Assembly (NCBI GenBank): GCA_963702005.1
Contig: OY969696.1
Location: 384,001 to 448,000, forward strand
DNA: 64,000 nt
Reading direction: 5' to 3'
From: Candidatus Aminicenantes bacterium
GTDB taxonomy: Bacteria > Acidobacteriota > Aminicenantia > Aminicenantales > JAFGBC01
Position numbers and translations under genes: made by a program. How positions within the stretch are numbered: position 1 is the first letter of the stretch; every line of letters starts with the position of its first letter. The notes beneath the pieces are model-generated. The model did not search any database. It was given only the letters and a program-made list of their open reading frames with translations, and was not told where the DNA came from. Below, in pieces: positions 28,552 to 37,945 of this stretch.

Positions 28552-29809
28552 AACGGGGACTCCCTTCGAGCCGGAGGCGGCGGGCGCCGAAGCCGGGTTC
28601 CTCTCCGCCGTCCCGATTTAAGACGCGGCGCGCGGGCCGCTCGAATTCGAACTCTTGAGGCCGGCCCGCGCTCCAGGCAACGGCCTTGTACTCGCCGCCC
28701 TTCTTGAAATAGAAGACCCGGACCGGGCCGCGGCCGTCCCGCCCGATGAACTCGCTCCCGTCCAGCTCGCGGACCAGGGTCCGGAATGCCGCGAAAGCGG
28801 GCCGCCTCCTCCACGAGCCCCCTCGCGTATCGACGAGCCCGTAGCCCGGCGCCGCGAGCTGCCACCAGTAGATGCGCTCGACGAAGCCGGCCGCCAGAAG
28901 CAAGACGTAATAGCGAACGAGGTAGCTCGCCTGCTCGTCCTCGGTCACATTGGGCCGTCCCGCCACGGGCGAATACGGGCCCGTCCCCTTGAGCGGCCAG
29001 TTGACCTCGGTCACCCAGACATTCCGGCCGCCCCGGGCCGAGGCGTCGACGACGGCCTTGAGGAGGGCCGCCTTGCCGGCCGCGCTCCACCCGAACTGGC
29101 GGCTCTCGGGCGGTCCCGTCCGGTCTACATAGAGCAGGGAGCTGACCTTGTCGAAGGGGAGGCGGGGCAGGGTCGGCGGATAGAGGTGAAACTCGAAATC
29201 GATGACGGCCGGCCCGACCAATTTGACGCCACGGCGGGGGGCGAGATCGAAGGCGGGCCGGGCCAGGTCGAGGTATTCCCGGAAGCTCCATAAACCCCAT
29301 TTCGTCCGGTTCCAAGCATGCCCGATTTCGAAGTGGGAAGCGAGGGGGCCGAAGCGGTCGAAGACTTCATCCAGGAACCGGACCCAGCCGGCCTGGTCGA
29401 AAACGTCGTCACGGCGCTGGAGAAGGGCCAGGACGAGGCCGAATCCACGATCATGGACGCGGCGCGCGAACCGCTCGTAATCCGCGAGCCTGGCCTTCTC
29501 CCAGGACGGAATGCGAATGAGCGTCTCGCGGACGCCCGTCTCGGCGAGAAAATCGAGGACGCCGGGATCGTCGCCTGGGACTGGAGAGACGGCCAAGCCG
29601 AAGGCATTCGAGAGCGTCGCCGGCCGCTTGTATATCCCCGCCCGGTTGCGGGCGAGGTTGCCGAGTATGGGAGCCGCCCGGCGCAGGTTCGACCACGCCA
29701 GCTCGACGTAGCTTCCGGCGTGCCGAATATGATAGCGAAGGCGCTCGCTCTTGGGCGCCACGTTGTGCGGTTGGTCGGCGAGCTCGTTCCAGGCGAAGGG
29801 AAAGCTCAT
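28514..29809 (-). CDS. putative glycoside hydrolase-like (TIM-barrel) protein
   Basis: WNRTKWG, VWVTEVNWP, QA.YLVRYY, ERIYWWQL, GYGL resemble clan GH-A C-terminal motifs; start MSFPF. Confidence 0.5.
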   Translation of the reverse strand: MSFPFAWNELADQPHNVAPKSERLRYHIRHAGSYVELAWSNLRRAAPILGNLARNRAGIYKRPATLSNAFGLAVSPVPGDDPGVLDFLAETGVRETLIRIPSWEKARLADYERFARRVHDRGFGLVLALLQRRDDVFDQAGWVRFLDEVFDRFGPLASHFEIGHAWNRTKWGLWSFREYLDLARPAFDLAPRRGVKLVGPAVIDFEFHLYPPTLPRLPFDKVSSLLYVDRTGPPESRQFGWSAAGKAALLKAVVDASARGGRNVWVTEVNWPLKGTGPYSPVAGRPNVTEDEQASYLVRYYVLLLAAGFVERIYWWQLAAPGYGLVDTRGGSWRRRPAFAAFRTLVRELDGSEFIGRDGRGPVRVFYFKKGGEYKAVAWSAGRPQEFEFERPARRVLNRDGGEEPGFGARRLRLEGSPRYVVFSERPVPET

Positions 29810-29963
29810 GTAAAACCCTCGACACTCCGGCCTGAAGGCTGGCACTCATGATCCGTTCCCGGCTCGTGAGTACTGCAAGGCCTGGGCTTGTTCAGGGTTA
29901 ACCCTGAGCCTCGCAATTCATCCCCGCTTTGAAAGGCGGCGCTTGGCGTCTGCGAACGGGTCA
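29810..29963 (+). repeat. modular palindromic element, copy B
   Basis: ACCCTCGAC...CACTCA-hairpin-TGAGTACTGCAAG...TTCAGGGTTAACCCTGAGCCTCGC...CCGCTTTGAAAGGCGG...GCGAACGGGTCA; fills the whole intergenic gap. Confidence 0.8.
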
Positions 29964-30806
29964 CTGGATCCTCAGCGCCCGGGCCAGCTTCCGGAGGCGG
30001 AGCTTTTTCTTGAGGGCGACGGCGCCCGCGTAGGCGCCCTTGCGGGCCCGGTAGTAGAAAAACCAGAAAGCCTTGCGCCGGACGTCCCCAAGATAAAGAT
30101 CGACGAAAAAGCGCCGGGAAGCCGGCGGCACGCCGAGGCGGACGAGGTTCCCGATACGGCCGCGGAGGCCGATCCGCCGCCGGATTCTGATCCGGTTCGT
30201 GTCGAGGAGGATGAAGCGATGCCGGCCGGCCTCGTCCAACTTGACCAGGATGTTCCCGTCCGAAAGGTCGCGATGGAGGATGCCCTTGTCGTGGCATTCC
30301 CTCAGGAACGCGGCCAGCCTCGCCACGAGCTCCCGGAGCGGATCGCCCTCGCGCTCCAGGAAGAGATGCCGGATCTCGCGCCCCCCCGCGACCCATCCTG
30401 AGAGGTAGAAGCCGCTGCGGAGGAAGCCGTTTGTCCGCTCCTCGAGGAAAGCCACCGGGAACGGCGTCGGGATGCCGCGCTCGATGAGGCCGACGGCGCC
30501 GCGCCAGGCCCGGAACGCTTTGGACGGACCGAACAGGGTCTTCAGTTTATTGGCGCCGCGGAACCGGAATTCCTTGACGACAACCTCATGAAACCCGACG
30601 ATCATCCAGGGCCAGATCAGCAGGCCGAGGCGGTTGCGGCCCTCGTGGATGATTCTCGCCCCCGGGCCGTCGAGCGGCGACCGGCCCGTTTCGAAGACCC
30701 GCGCCAGCTCAGCCGCTTGGTCCCGGAAGCGGGCGTGAAGCAGGCCGCGCAAGCGGGCCGTCTCGATTCCCAGCGGAGAGAGCTGCCGGTCCGCGAGCGC
30801 ATTCAT
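29961..30806 (-). CDS. LPS kinase (Kdo/WaaP/InaA family)
   Basis: VVKEF, GIPTP.P.A, HDKGILHRDLSDGNIL, LLDTNR. Confidence 0.85.
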   Translation of the reverse strand: MNALADRQLSPLGIETARLRGLLHARFRDQAAELARVFETGRSPLDGPGARIIHEGRNRLGLLIWPWMIVGFHEVVVKEFRFRGANKLKTLFGPSKAFRAWRGAVGLIERGIPTPFPVAFLEERTNGFLRSGFYLSGWVAGGREIRHLFLEREGDPLRELVARLAAFLRECHDKGILHRDLSDGNILVKLDEAGRHRFILLDTNRIRIRRRIGLRGRIGNLVRLGVPPASRRFFVDLYLGDVRRKAFWFFYYRARKGAYAGAVALKKKLRLRKLARALRIQ

Positions 30807-31903
30807 GGTTTGGCCTTGTGACGCGCGACGATTTCGATAAGAAGGCCGGCGACGGCCTCGGGCGAAAAACGATCTTTGACCAGGGCATACCCTCCCTCCG
30901 CGATTTTCGATCGCAGCTCGTCGTTTTTCCGCAGCTCGAGGATGGCCGCGGCCAGCGACTCGGGCTCGGGCTTGGCGCAGAGAAAGAGATGCTTGCGGTG
31001 GGCGAAAAACTCCAGGACCGCCGGCGTCCGGAGCGTGATCAGCGGCTTTCTCATGGCCAGGGACTGAAAGACCTTATGGGGGACGACGCGGGCGGCCTTG
31101 GCCGTCCTCCCGAAGATTCCCAAGCATAGGTCGGCCGCCGCGATTTGCGCCGGAAGCGCGCCGGCCGGGAGCCAGTCCGTGAACTCGACATTCCCGAGCC
31201 CGAGCCGCCCGGCCTCGGCCCGGACCGCCGGAAGCGTCTGTCCCGACCCGATCATCCGGAAACGGATCGCGGGGTCTTTGTCCGCGACGATTTTAGCTGC
31301 TCGAACGACGACGTCGGCGCCGTGGAGGGGGAGGAAGGAGCCGAAAAAAAGGACCGTGAACGGCCGCGACGAACCGCGCTTCGGGTTGGGCCCCGGACTG
31401 AACAGGTCGTCGTCGCAGCCGAGCGGCAGGACCTCGACCTTCCCGGCCGGGACGCCAAAGGTCCGGCAATAGTAATTCTTGTGCTCGCTCGTATCGGCCA
31501 GGACGAGGTCGGACAAGCGGAAAGCCCAGCGGTCGATCTTGAAGTTCCACCAGGCCGAAAGGGAGCCGGGGGCGCGGCGCCGCCAGTCGAGGATCTTGGT
31601 CTCGTAGCGCGAGGCAAGGGGGTCGAAGACGACGCGGCGGCGGGCCAGGAAGGCCAGGGCCGCGGCGAGCGGGACGTCTTTCTGACAGAACTCGGGGACG
31701 AAAAAAACCGAGTCCGCGTCCTTGCGAAGACCACGCCAAGCACGGGCAGCCCGAGCGGCCAGGGCGGGATAGCGGGCCCAGAACTTGAGGCGAGCCGGGC
31801 TCGGACAGGCGTCGACTTCGGCCCCGGCCCGGACGAGGCCCTTCCTGTTGACGGCGTTCCTCGGATAGGCCGGGTCGAACCCGCCTAAAAAACAGAATCT
31901 CAT
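30803..31903 (-). CDS. glycosyltransferase family 4
   Basis: FFGSFLPLHG, ADLCLGIFG, VVPHKVFQ motifs; GGAG RBS. Confidence 0.88.
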   Translation of the reverse strand: MRFCFLGGFDPAYPRNAVNRKGLVRAGAEVDACPSPARLKFWARYPALAARAARAWRGLRKDADSVFFVPEFCQKDVPLAAALAFLARRRVVFDPLASRYETKILDWRRRAPGSLSAWWNFKIDRWAFRLSDLVLADTSEHKNYYCRTFGVPAGKVEVLPLGCDDDLFSPGPNPKRGSSRPFTVLFFGSFLPLHGADVVVRAAKIVADKDPAIRFRMIGSGQTLPAVRAEAGRLGLGNVEFTDWLPAGALPAQIAAADLCLGIFGRTAKAARVVPHKVFQSLAMRKPLITLRTPAVLEFFAHRKHLFLCAKPEPESLAAAILELRKNDELRSKIAEGGYALVKDRFSPEAVAGLLIEIVARHKAKP

Positions 31904-31954
31904 CTCGCTCCGCTCAAAACCGGAATAATAGATACCACCCCGTCCTTCTGAAGT

Positions 31955-32227
31955 CAATTGCCTGACCGTCGAACAATTTTCGGATTTCCATATTTCAGAG
32001 TACGGGAATGGTGGAACATGCTAGCGGAACCTGTTTTTTCAAGTGGCGAGGAGGCCGCCCTCAAGCCCCCGTAGCGGAGGGGGGCCCCGGCGGCTTTATC
32101 CGACGGGGGGAACCGACGGGACTGGTTCCACGGGGCTCGGGGGCGGAGGACGGCCTCCTCGCCGCAAAACCGAGAATTGAAGATTCGGCAAATATTATGG
32201 AATACTGATCGACGGTCAGGTCAATTG
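31955..32227. other. nested inverted-repeat element or candidate structured RNA
   Basis: CCTGACCGTCGA (31961-72) / TCGACGGTCAGG (32209-20) and GGCGAGGAGGCCG (32045-57) / CGGCCTCCTCGCC (32151-63). Confidence 0.6.
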
Positions 32228-32231
32228 CCGA

Positions 32232-32260
32232 TTGTCAACCCGGAACGATTCTGTTATAAA
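32232..32260 (+). promoter_or_regulatory. putative sigma-70 promoter of the K+ channel gene
   Basis: TTGTCA-N17-TATAAA with TG extension. Confidence 0.6.
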
Positions 32261-32284
32261 AACCCTGAGGTCCCAAGGGGTCCC

Positions 32285-33277
32285 CTGCAGACGATCATCC
32301 GGCGCCGAAAGCTCCTGACCCTCGGCCTTCTGCTCCTGGCGGTCATCGCCGGCGGCACGCTCGGCTACGTCCTGATCACGGGCTGCTCGCTGATCGACGC
32401 CTTTTACATGACAATCATCTCGGTGACCACGGTCGGCTACCGGGAGGTCATTCCCCTCCAGACGCCCGGAAAAATCTTTACGGTTTTCCTAATCATCATG
32501 GGGCTGGGGATCGTGTTCTACGTCCTGGAGACCATCGTCGAGGACACGATGGAGGGGCGCATCCGGAAAATCCTGGGGAGACGGAAGATGGAACGAAATA
32601 TCACCAAGATGAAAGATCACGTCGTCGTGGCCGGGTTCGGCCGGATGGGCGAGGCCGTCTGCCGCGAGATTGCCGAAGCCCGCTTCGACGTCATCATCCT
32701 CGAACTGGATCCCCGGCGCTACGCCGCCGCCGAGGAGAGGAACTACAACGTTCTCAACGCCGACGCGACCGAGGAGGACGCCTTGAAGGCGGCCGGGATC
32801 GAGAAGGCCCGCGTTCTTATCTCGCTCCTGTCCGAGGACGCCGACAACATCTTCACGGTCCTGACCGCCCGGGAAGTCAACCCCAACCTGATCATCATCG
32901 CCCGGGCCATGGACAGCTCCAACGAGAAGAAGCTCTACAAGGCCGGGGCGACCCGGGTCGTCTCGCCCTACGAGCTGTCCTCCCACCGGATCGTCCGGAT
33001 GGTCCAGAAGCCCAATGTCGTCGATTTCTTCGACTTCGTGTTCGGCCCCCGCGACTACGGATTGTCCCTGGAGGAACGGGCCATCGGCGAGAAGTCCGAT
33101 CTCGACGGCCGGACCATCCGCGAGGCCGGATTCCGGGAGCGCTACAACGCCGTCATCGTCGCCGTCCGGCGCGACGGCAAGATGAACTTCAACCCCGCCC
33201 CGGATTTCGCCCTGCGCAGCGGCGACATCCTCATCGTCATCGGCGAGCGGGAGCGCCTCCGCGCCTTAGGCGGGTAG
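32285..33277 (+). CDS. potassium channel with RCK (TrkA-N/TrkA-C) domains; start uncertain
   Basis: TTVGY selectivity filter, GFGRMG, DADN, C-terminal GD.LIVIG. Confidence 0.9.
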   Translation: MQTIIRRRKLLTLGLLLLAVIAGGTLGYVLITGCSLIDAFYMTIISVTTVGYREVIPLQTPGKIFTVFLIIMGLGIVFYVLETIVEDTMEGRIRKILGRRKMERNITKMKDHVVVAGFGRMGEAVCREIAEARFDVIILELDPRRYAAAEERNYNVLNADATEEDALKAAGIEKARVLISLLSEDADNIFTVLTAREVNPNLIIIARAMDSSNEKKLYKAGATRVVSPYELSSHRIVRMVQKPNVVDFFDFVFGPRDYGLSLEERAIGEKSDLDGRTIREAGFRERYNAVIVAVRRDGKMNFNPAPDFALRSGDILIVIGERERLRALGG

Positions 33278-33354
33278 CGGCCGGGCCGATCGCCCGCCTG
33301 TCCGGTTGACCCGCCCGCGCCGGATAAGATATGATAAGGCCGCAGGAGAGACGG

Positions 33355-33543
33355 ATGTCTATCGATCCCGAGCTTATCAAGATCCTGGCTTGCCCCGCCG
33401 ACCGGGGGGACGTCGTCCTGACCCCGGACGGGAGCGGCCTCAAGTGCCTGACCTGCCGCCGCGTCTACCCCATCCGGGAGGACATCCCCGTGATGCTCGT
33501 GGAAGAGGCGATCGTTGAACCCGACGCTCCCGCCAAGGGCTGA
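33355..33543 (+). CDS. Trm112/YcaR family protein
   Basis: ILACP, L.C..C.RVYPIREDIPVML; AGGAG RBS. Confidence 0.9.
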   Translation: MSIDPELIKILACPADRGDVVLTPDGSGLKCLTCRRVYPIREDIPVMLVEEAIVEPDAPAKG

Positions 33544-34570
33544 TCCCCAGCCGCCCCGGACCATCCTGCTCATTCGCCTGAGGCGCATCGGCGACATCGT
33601 CATGACGACCCCCGCCCTGGGGATTCTCCGCGAGGCTTTCCCCGGCGCATCCCTGTCCTATGTCGTGGAGGAGCCCTTCCGCCGGCTCATCGAGGACCAT
33701 CCCCACCTCGACCGTGCGATCATCCTCCCCTCCCACCTCGGAACCGCCGCGTTCGTGCGTTTCCTCCTCCGCCTCCGCCGCGAAAAGTATGACGTCGTCG
33801 TCGACTTTCACGGCGGACCGAGGGCGGCCTGGATGACCCTTTTCTCCGGGGCCCGCCTCAGGATCGGCTACGAAACGGGCGCCAAGGGCTTCGTCTACAA
33901 CCGGCGCGTCCCGCGCGCGGCTGCGGACGGCACCGTCCACAGCGTCGTCAACCACGTCAACCTGGTCAGGACCCTGACCGGCGGCGACTCCGAGATTCCG
34001 CCCATCCGTCTTCCCGAGGCCCGGCCCGAGGAGGCGGCCCGGGTCGATCGCCTCCTGTCCGAAGCGGGGCTGGCCGGGTCCGCTTACGTCGCGGTCCACA
34101 TCAGCGCCGGGAACGCTTTCCGCGACTGGGACGCCTCGAATTATCTGCGGCTCATCGAGCGGCTGCGCCGCGAGAGCGGGGTCGCCTCTCTCCTGGTCGG
34201 TTCCGATTCGGACCGGGCCAAGGAAGCGGAGATACTGGCGTGCTCCCCGGCCTCCGTGCCCTCTCTGGCCGGCCGGGTCAACCTCGTCGAGCTGAAAGAA
34301 GTCATCGGCCGGGCCGCCCTGTTCGTCGGACCGGACAGCGGCCCCATGCACATCGCGGCCTCGACCCGAACGCCGATCGTGGCCGTTTTCGGCCCGACCT
34401 TGCCCGCCCATTTCGCCCCCTGGAAAGCTAGGGCCCGGATTGTCGAAATGTCCCTCGACTGCCGGCCCTGCCGGCAGAGGCATTGCCAAAGGCGGGACTT
34501 TGGATGTATAAAAAGGATTACTGCGGACGAGGTGTATGAAGCATGCCGGTCTTTTCTTCATTCAGCCTGA
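33515..34570 (+). CDS. glycosyltransferase family 9 (LPS heptosyltransferase)
   Basis: IGDIVMTTP, DSGPMHIAA, FGPT, C.PC motifs. Confidence 0.92.
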   Translation: MNPTLPPRADPQPPRTILLIRLRRIGDIVMTTPALGILREAFPGASLSYVVEEPFRRLIEDHPHLDRAIILPSHLGTAAFVRFLLRLRREKYDVVVDFHGGPRAAWMTLFSGARLRIGYETGAKGFVYNRRVPRAAADGTVHSVVNHVNLVRTLTGGDSEIPPIRLPEARPEEAARVDRLLSEAGLAGSAYVAVHISAGNAFRDWDASNYLRLIERLRRESGVASLLVGSDSDRAKEAEILACSPASVPSLAGRVNLVELKEVIGRAALFVGPDSGPMHIAASTRTPIVAVFGPTLPAHFAPWKARARIVEMSLDCRPCRQRHCQRRDFGCIKRITADEVYEACRSFLHSA

Positions 34571-35763
34571 AGGCTAAATTCGCCCCCCGCGGGGGGAGCG
34601 TCCTTAGGTCGGCCCTTCCCGTCCTGCTCGCCTCGGCTCTTCTCTTCTCGTTCGTCTCCATTTCCTGCTCCCAGATATTTCTTTTTCTGTCCTTCCTAGT
34701 CTGGTCGGTCGGACTCGTCAGGAAAGAATGGCGCTGGGCGGTTCCCTCCTTCTTTTGGCCGCTGGCCGGCTATGCCGCCCTCTCGCTCCTGGCCGCCTTC
34801 CTCTCGGTCAATCCCGGGATGAGCCTAAGCGATTCCAAAGAACTTCTTTTATTCCTCGTCGTGCCTCTCTTCGCCACGGGACTCACGGCCGTCGAGGACA
34901 TCGGCTTGGCCGCCCGGGCCGTCCTCGTCTCCGGGACGGCGAGCTCTCTCTACAGCCTCGGCTATGCCGTCCTCAAAGCCGTGCCCGGACAGAGAATCTC
35001 GGGCTTTGTCGGCCACTACATGACGCAAGGAGGCCTCCTGCTCCTATTCGGGGCTTTGGCGGTAAGCGTCTTCATGTTTTGGAAGAGCAGGGAGCGTTTC
35101 ATCTGGGGGGCCGCCTTCATCGTCTCCGCGGTCGCTCTCGCCCTGACCTACACCCGGAGCGCTTGGGTCGGCTTCGCCGTCGTGCTCGCCTTCCTCCTGT
35201 CCCTCTCCAAGCCCAAGGCCCTGATCCTCCTTCCCGTCCTGGGCGCCCTTGCCTTCGCGGTCAGCCCTTCCACCATACGCTATCGCGTCCTGAGCATCTT
35301 CAACCCCGACGCCTACTCCAACCATCTGCGGATCGAGTACTTCAAGGCGGGAGTCAAGATCATTAAGGACTTTCCCCTCCACGGGACGGGGCCCGACACG
35401 GTGGACCTCGTCTTCCAGGACCCCAAGTACGGACTGTCCGAGGACGCCAAGAAGAACGTTCATCTCCATAACAACCTGACTCAGATCGCGGCCGAGCGCG
35501 GCATCCCGGCCCTCCTCGCCTGGCTTCTCTTCATGGGCTGGTCCTTCGCCTGCTGCTTAAAGTTCCTCAAAGATAAAAACTCGCCCGTCTATTCCTACGC
35601 CGCCGCGGCCGCCGCTGCGGTTCTGGCCGTCTTCGTCGCCGGCATGTTCGAATATAACTTCGGGGATTCGGAGGTCCTGACCCTGTTCCTGGTTCTCATC
35701 ACGATCCCGTTCGCCGGTCCGCGCCGCCTCAAGGACTTCCGTTCCGATCGGATCGGCCGATGA
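34543..35763 (+). CDS. O-antigen ligase family protein
   Basis: Multi-TM, T.TRSAW, P.HGTG, HLHNN..Q..AERG. Confidence 0.85.
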   Translation: MPVFSSFSLKAKFAPRGGSVLRSALPVLLASALLFSFVSISCSQIFLFLSFLVWSVGLVRKEWRWAVPSFFWPLAGYAALSLLAAFLSVNPGMSLSDSKELLLFLVVPLFATGLTAVEDIGLAARAVLVSGTASSLYSLGYAVLKAVPGQRISGFVGHYMTQGGLLLLFGALAVSVFMFWKSRERFIWGAAFIVSAVALALTYTRSAWVGFAVVLAFLLSLSKPKALILLPVLGALAFAVSPSTIRYRVLSIFNPDAYSNHLRIEYFKAGVKIIKDFPLHGTGPDTVDLVFQDPKYGLSEDAKKNVHLHNNLTQIAAERGIPALLAWLLFMGWSFACCLKFLKDKNSPVYSYAAAAAAAVLAVFVAGMFEYNFGDSEVLTLFLVLITIPFAGPRRLKDFRSDRIGR

Positions 35764-36872
35764 AAAAAGTAAGGAATGTTCTTCTGGCCCTCCTCCTGGT
35801 CTATGTCGGCTGGCTCCTGATCGCGGTCGCCCGTCATCCCTATCCGGGCCCGGCTCCGGACAAAGATCCCCTCGAGGTCCAGGGCGTCTACCACCTCCAC
35901 TCCAAGTTCTCGGATGGGCTGGCCTCGGCCGAAAACATCGCGCGGGCCGCTCGCCGCTCCGGCCTCGATTTCTTCATCCTGACCGACCACGGCAATCCTA
36001 ACTACGGATGCCTCGGCTTCGAGGGCTGGAAAGACGGCGTCCTGGCTCTGTCCGGGTCCGAGCTATCGGTCAGCCGCGGCCACTTGGTCGCCTTAGGCTT
36101 CGAAAAGCCGACCGTCCGTTTCTCCCAAAACACGGAGACGGCCGTCCAACAAGTCAAGAGCCTGGGCGGATTCACGGTCATCGCCCACCCCTATTCGAAG
36201 ACGCGCTGGTCCTGGGGGGACCCGGCCGGCTACTCGGGCATCGAGGTTATGAACGGCGACACGATGGTTCGCGGCCACATCCTTCCCTCCCTGCCCTATC
36301 TCCCGGCCCTGCTCCTCCGGCCTCGGCTGACCCTGGTCAAGATGCTCGACGATCCTTCGGCCAGCCTCAAGAAATGGGACTCCCTGAACGGCGACAATAA
36401 AATGTACGCCTATTTCAGCGCCGACGCCCATGTCTTCCATAGACTCCTTTTCTCTTTCATTCGGCTCCATGTCCTCCTCGACGCCCCCCTCGGCCGGGAT
36501 TTTCCGGAAGCCAAGAAGCAGGTCCTGGAAGCCCTCCGGACGGGACGCTTCTACAACGCGGTCGAGGCGGCCGCTCCGGCCGCCGGGTTCCGGTTCTGGG
36601 GAGAACAAGGGGGCCGGGTCATCCCGATGGGAGGCTCCGCCGATCCCGAACGGCCTCTGACGCTTCAGGTCCGGACGCCGTGGAGCTTCGGCACCAGCGT
36701 CGTCCTCATCCATAACGGGGAGACTCTTCTGACGACGGAGGCGCGCTCCTTCCGGCAGGTCGTCCGCGCGCCCGGTTTTTACCGGGTCGAGGTTCGGCTG
36801 ACCGGCCGGGCGGCGCTCGACGACCGCGTCCCCTGGGTCGTCTCCAACCCAATCTTCCTGAGGAAGGATTGA
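35760..36872 (+). CDS. PHP-family metallophosphoesterase, membrane-anchored
   Basis: HLHS..SDG, TDH, AHP, DAH motifs. Confidence 0.8.
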   Translation: MKKVRNVLLALLLVYVGWLLIAVARHPYPGPAPDKDPLEVQGVYHLHSKFSDGLASAENIARAARRSGLDFFILTDHGNPNYGCLGFEGWKDGVLALSGSELSVSRGHLVALGFEKPTVRFSQNTETAVQQVKSLGGFTVIAHPYSKTRWSWGDPAGYSGIEVMNGDTMVRGHILPSLPYLPALLLRPRLTLVKMLDDPSASLKKWDSLNGDNKMYAYFSADAHVFHRLLFSFIRLHVLLDAPLGRDFPEAKKQVLEALRTGRFYNAVEAAAPAAGFRFWGEQGGRVIPMGGSADPERPLTLQVRTPWSFGTSVVLIHNGETLLTTEARSFRQVVRAPGFYRVEVRLTGRAALDDRVPWVVSNPIFLRKD

Positions 36873-36875
36873 GTC

Positions 36876-37865
36876 ATGATCGGAATCCATTGGGACAAAA
36901 TGGCCGGCATCATCCGCGGGTTCAAGGGCAAGCGGATCCTCGTCCTGGGCGACCTTATGCTCGACAAGTACATCTGGGGTCGCGTCTCCCGGATCTCTCC
37001 CGAGGCGCCCGTCCCCGTCGTCGAGGTCCATTCGGCCTCCTCCTGTCTGGGCGGCGCCGGGAACGTCAGCCACAACCTGGAAAGCCTGGGCGCCCAGCCG
37101 ATCCTGGTCGGCGTCGTGGGCCGGGACGAGTCCGGCCGCTGGATCCGGTCCCATGTCTCGGACGGCCGCGGCATTTTCGTCGACGAAAAGCGGCCGACCA
37201 CAATCAAGACGCGGATCATCGCCCACCATCAACAGGTCGTCCGGGTCGATCAAGAACTGCGGGCCCGGCTTCCCCTCGGGCTCGAGAAGCGGATCCTGGA
37301 CTTCATCCGGAGCGCCCGCTGCCGGAGCATCATCATCTCCGATTACAGCAAGGGTCTTTTGACGCCGACGCTCGTCCCGGCCGTCCTGGCCTTGGCCAGG
37401 GAGCGCAAGATTCCGGTCTCGGTCGATCCCAAGATCGAACACTTCCCTCTCTTCACGCCGGTGACCCTCATCGCGCCCAACCACTACGAGGCCGAGAAGA
37501 TCGTCCAGCACGAGTGCCGCACGGACGGCCAGGTCGAGAAGGCCGGAGAGGAGATCCTGGACCGGATGTCGGCCCGCTACCTGATCCTCAAGCGGGGCGA
37601 GCAGGGTATGACGGTCTTCGAGCGGGGGAAGCGCCCCATCCACATCCCGACCGTCGCCCAGGAAGTTTTCGACGTAACGGGCGCGGGCGACACGGTCATC
37701 GCCACGGCCGCCCTGGCCCTCCTGGCGGGGGCGACCATCCAGGAGGCGGCCGTCCTCGCCAACACGGCCGCGGGAATCGTCGTCGGAAAGATCGGGACGG
37801 CCACCGCGACGGCCCGGGAGCTTCTGGCGGCTCTCCGCGAGAGCCGGAAGACCCTTTCGATCTGA
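36876..37865 (+). CDS. hldA: D-glycero-D-manno-heptose-7-phosphate kinase (RfaE domain I/HldA)
   Basis: GDLMLDKY, RISPEAPVPVV, SDYSKG, DVTGAGDTVIA. Confidence 0.92.
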   Translation: MIGIHWDKMAGIIRGFKGKRILVLGDLMLDKYIWGRVSRISPEAPVPVVEVHSASSCLGGAGNVSHNLESLGAQPILVGVVGRDESGRWIRSHVSDGRGIFVDEKRPTTIKTRIIAHHQQVVRVDQELRARLPLGLEKRILDFIRSARCRSIIISDYSKGLLTPTLVPAVLALARERKIPVSVDPKIEHFPLFTPVTLIAPNHYEAEKIVQHECRTDGQVEKAGEEILDRMSARYLILKRGEQGMTVFERGKRPIHIPTVAQEVFDVTGAGDTVIATAALALLAGATIQEAAVLANTAAGIVVGKIGTATATARELLAALRESRKTLSI

Positions 37866-37945
37866 GCCGGGCGGGGACCGCTCGAAGACGGCGGGAGGAA
37901 CTTCCTCTATCGGGCGGAGTCAAAACGGGCTATAATAGAAACTCC

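Noticed and set aside
32040-32170. c-di-AMP (ydaO) riboswitch upstream of the K+ channel
   Set aside because: Only a GGGGGAACC-like stretch matches; the other conserved segments were not seen, and the structure lies upstream of the predicted promoter
36869-37945. Apparent long N-terminal extension of PurF (848-aa ORF); similar extensions for dxs, pstA and the UbiA gene
   Set aside because: They overlap real genes in another frame and are Arg/Pro-rich noise; PurF needs the N-terminal Met-Cys at 37946
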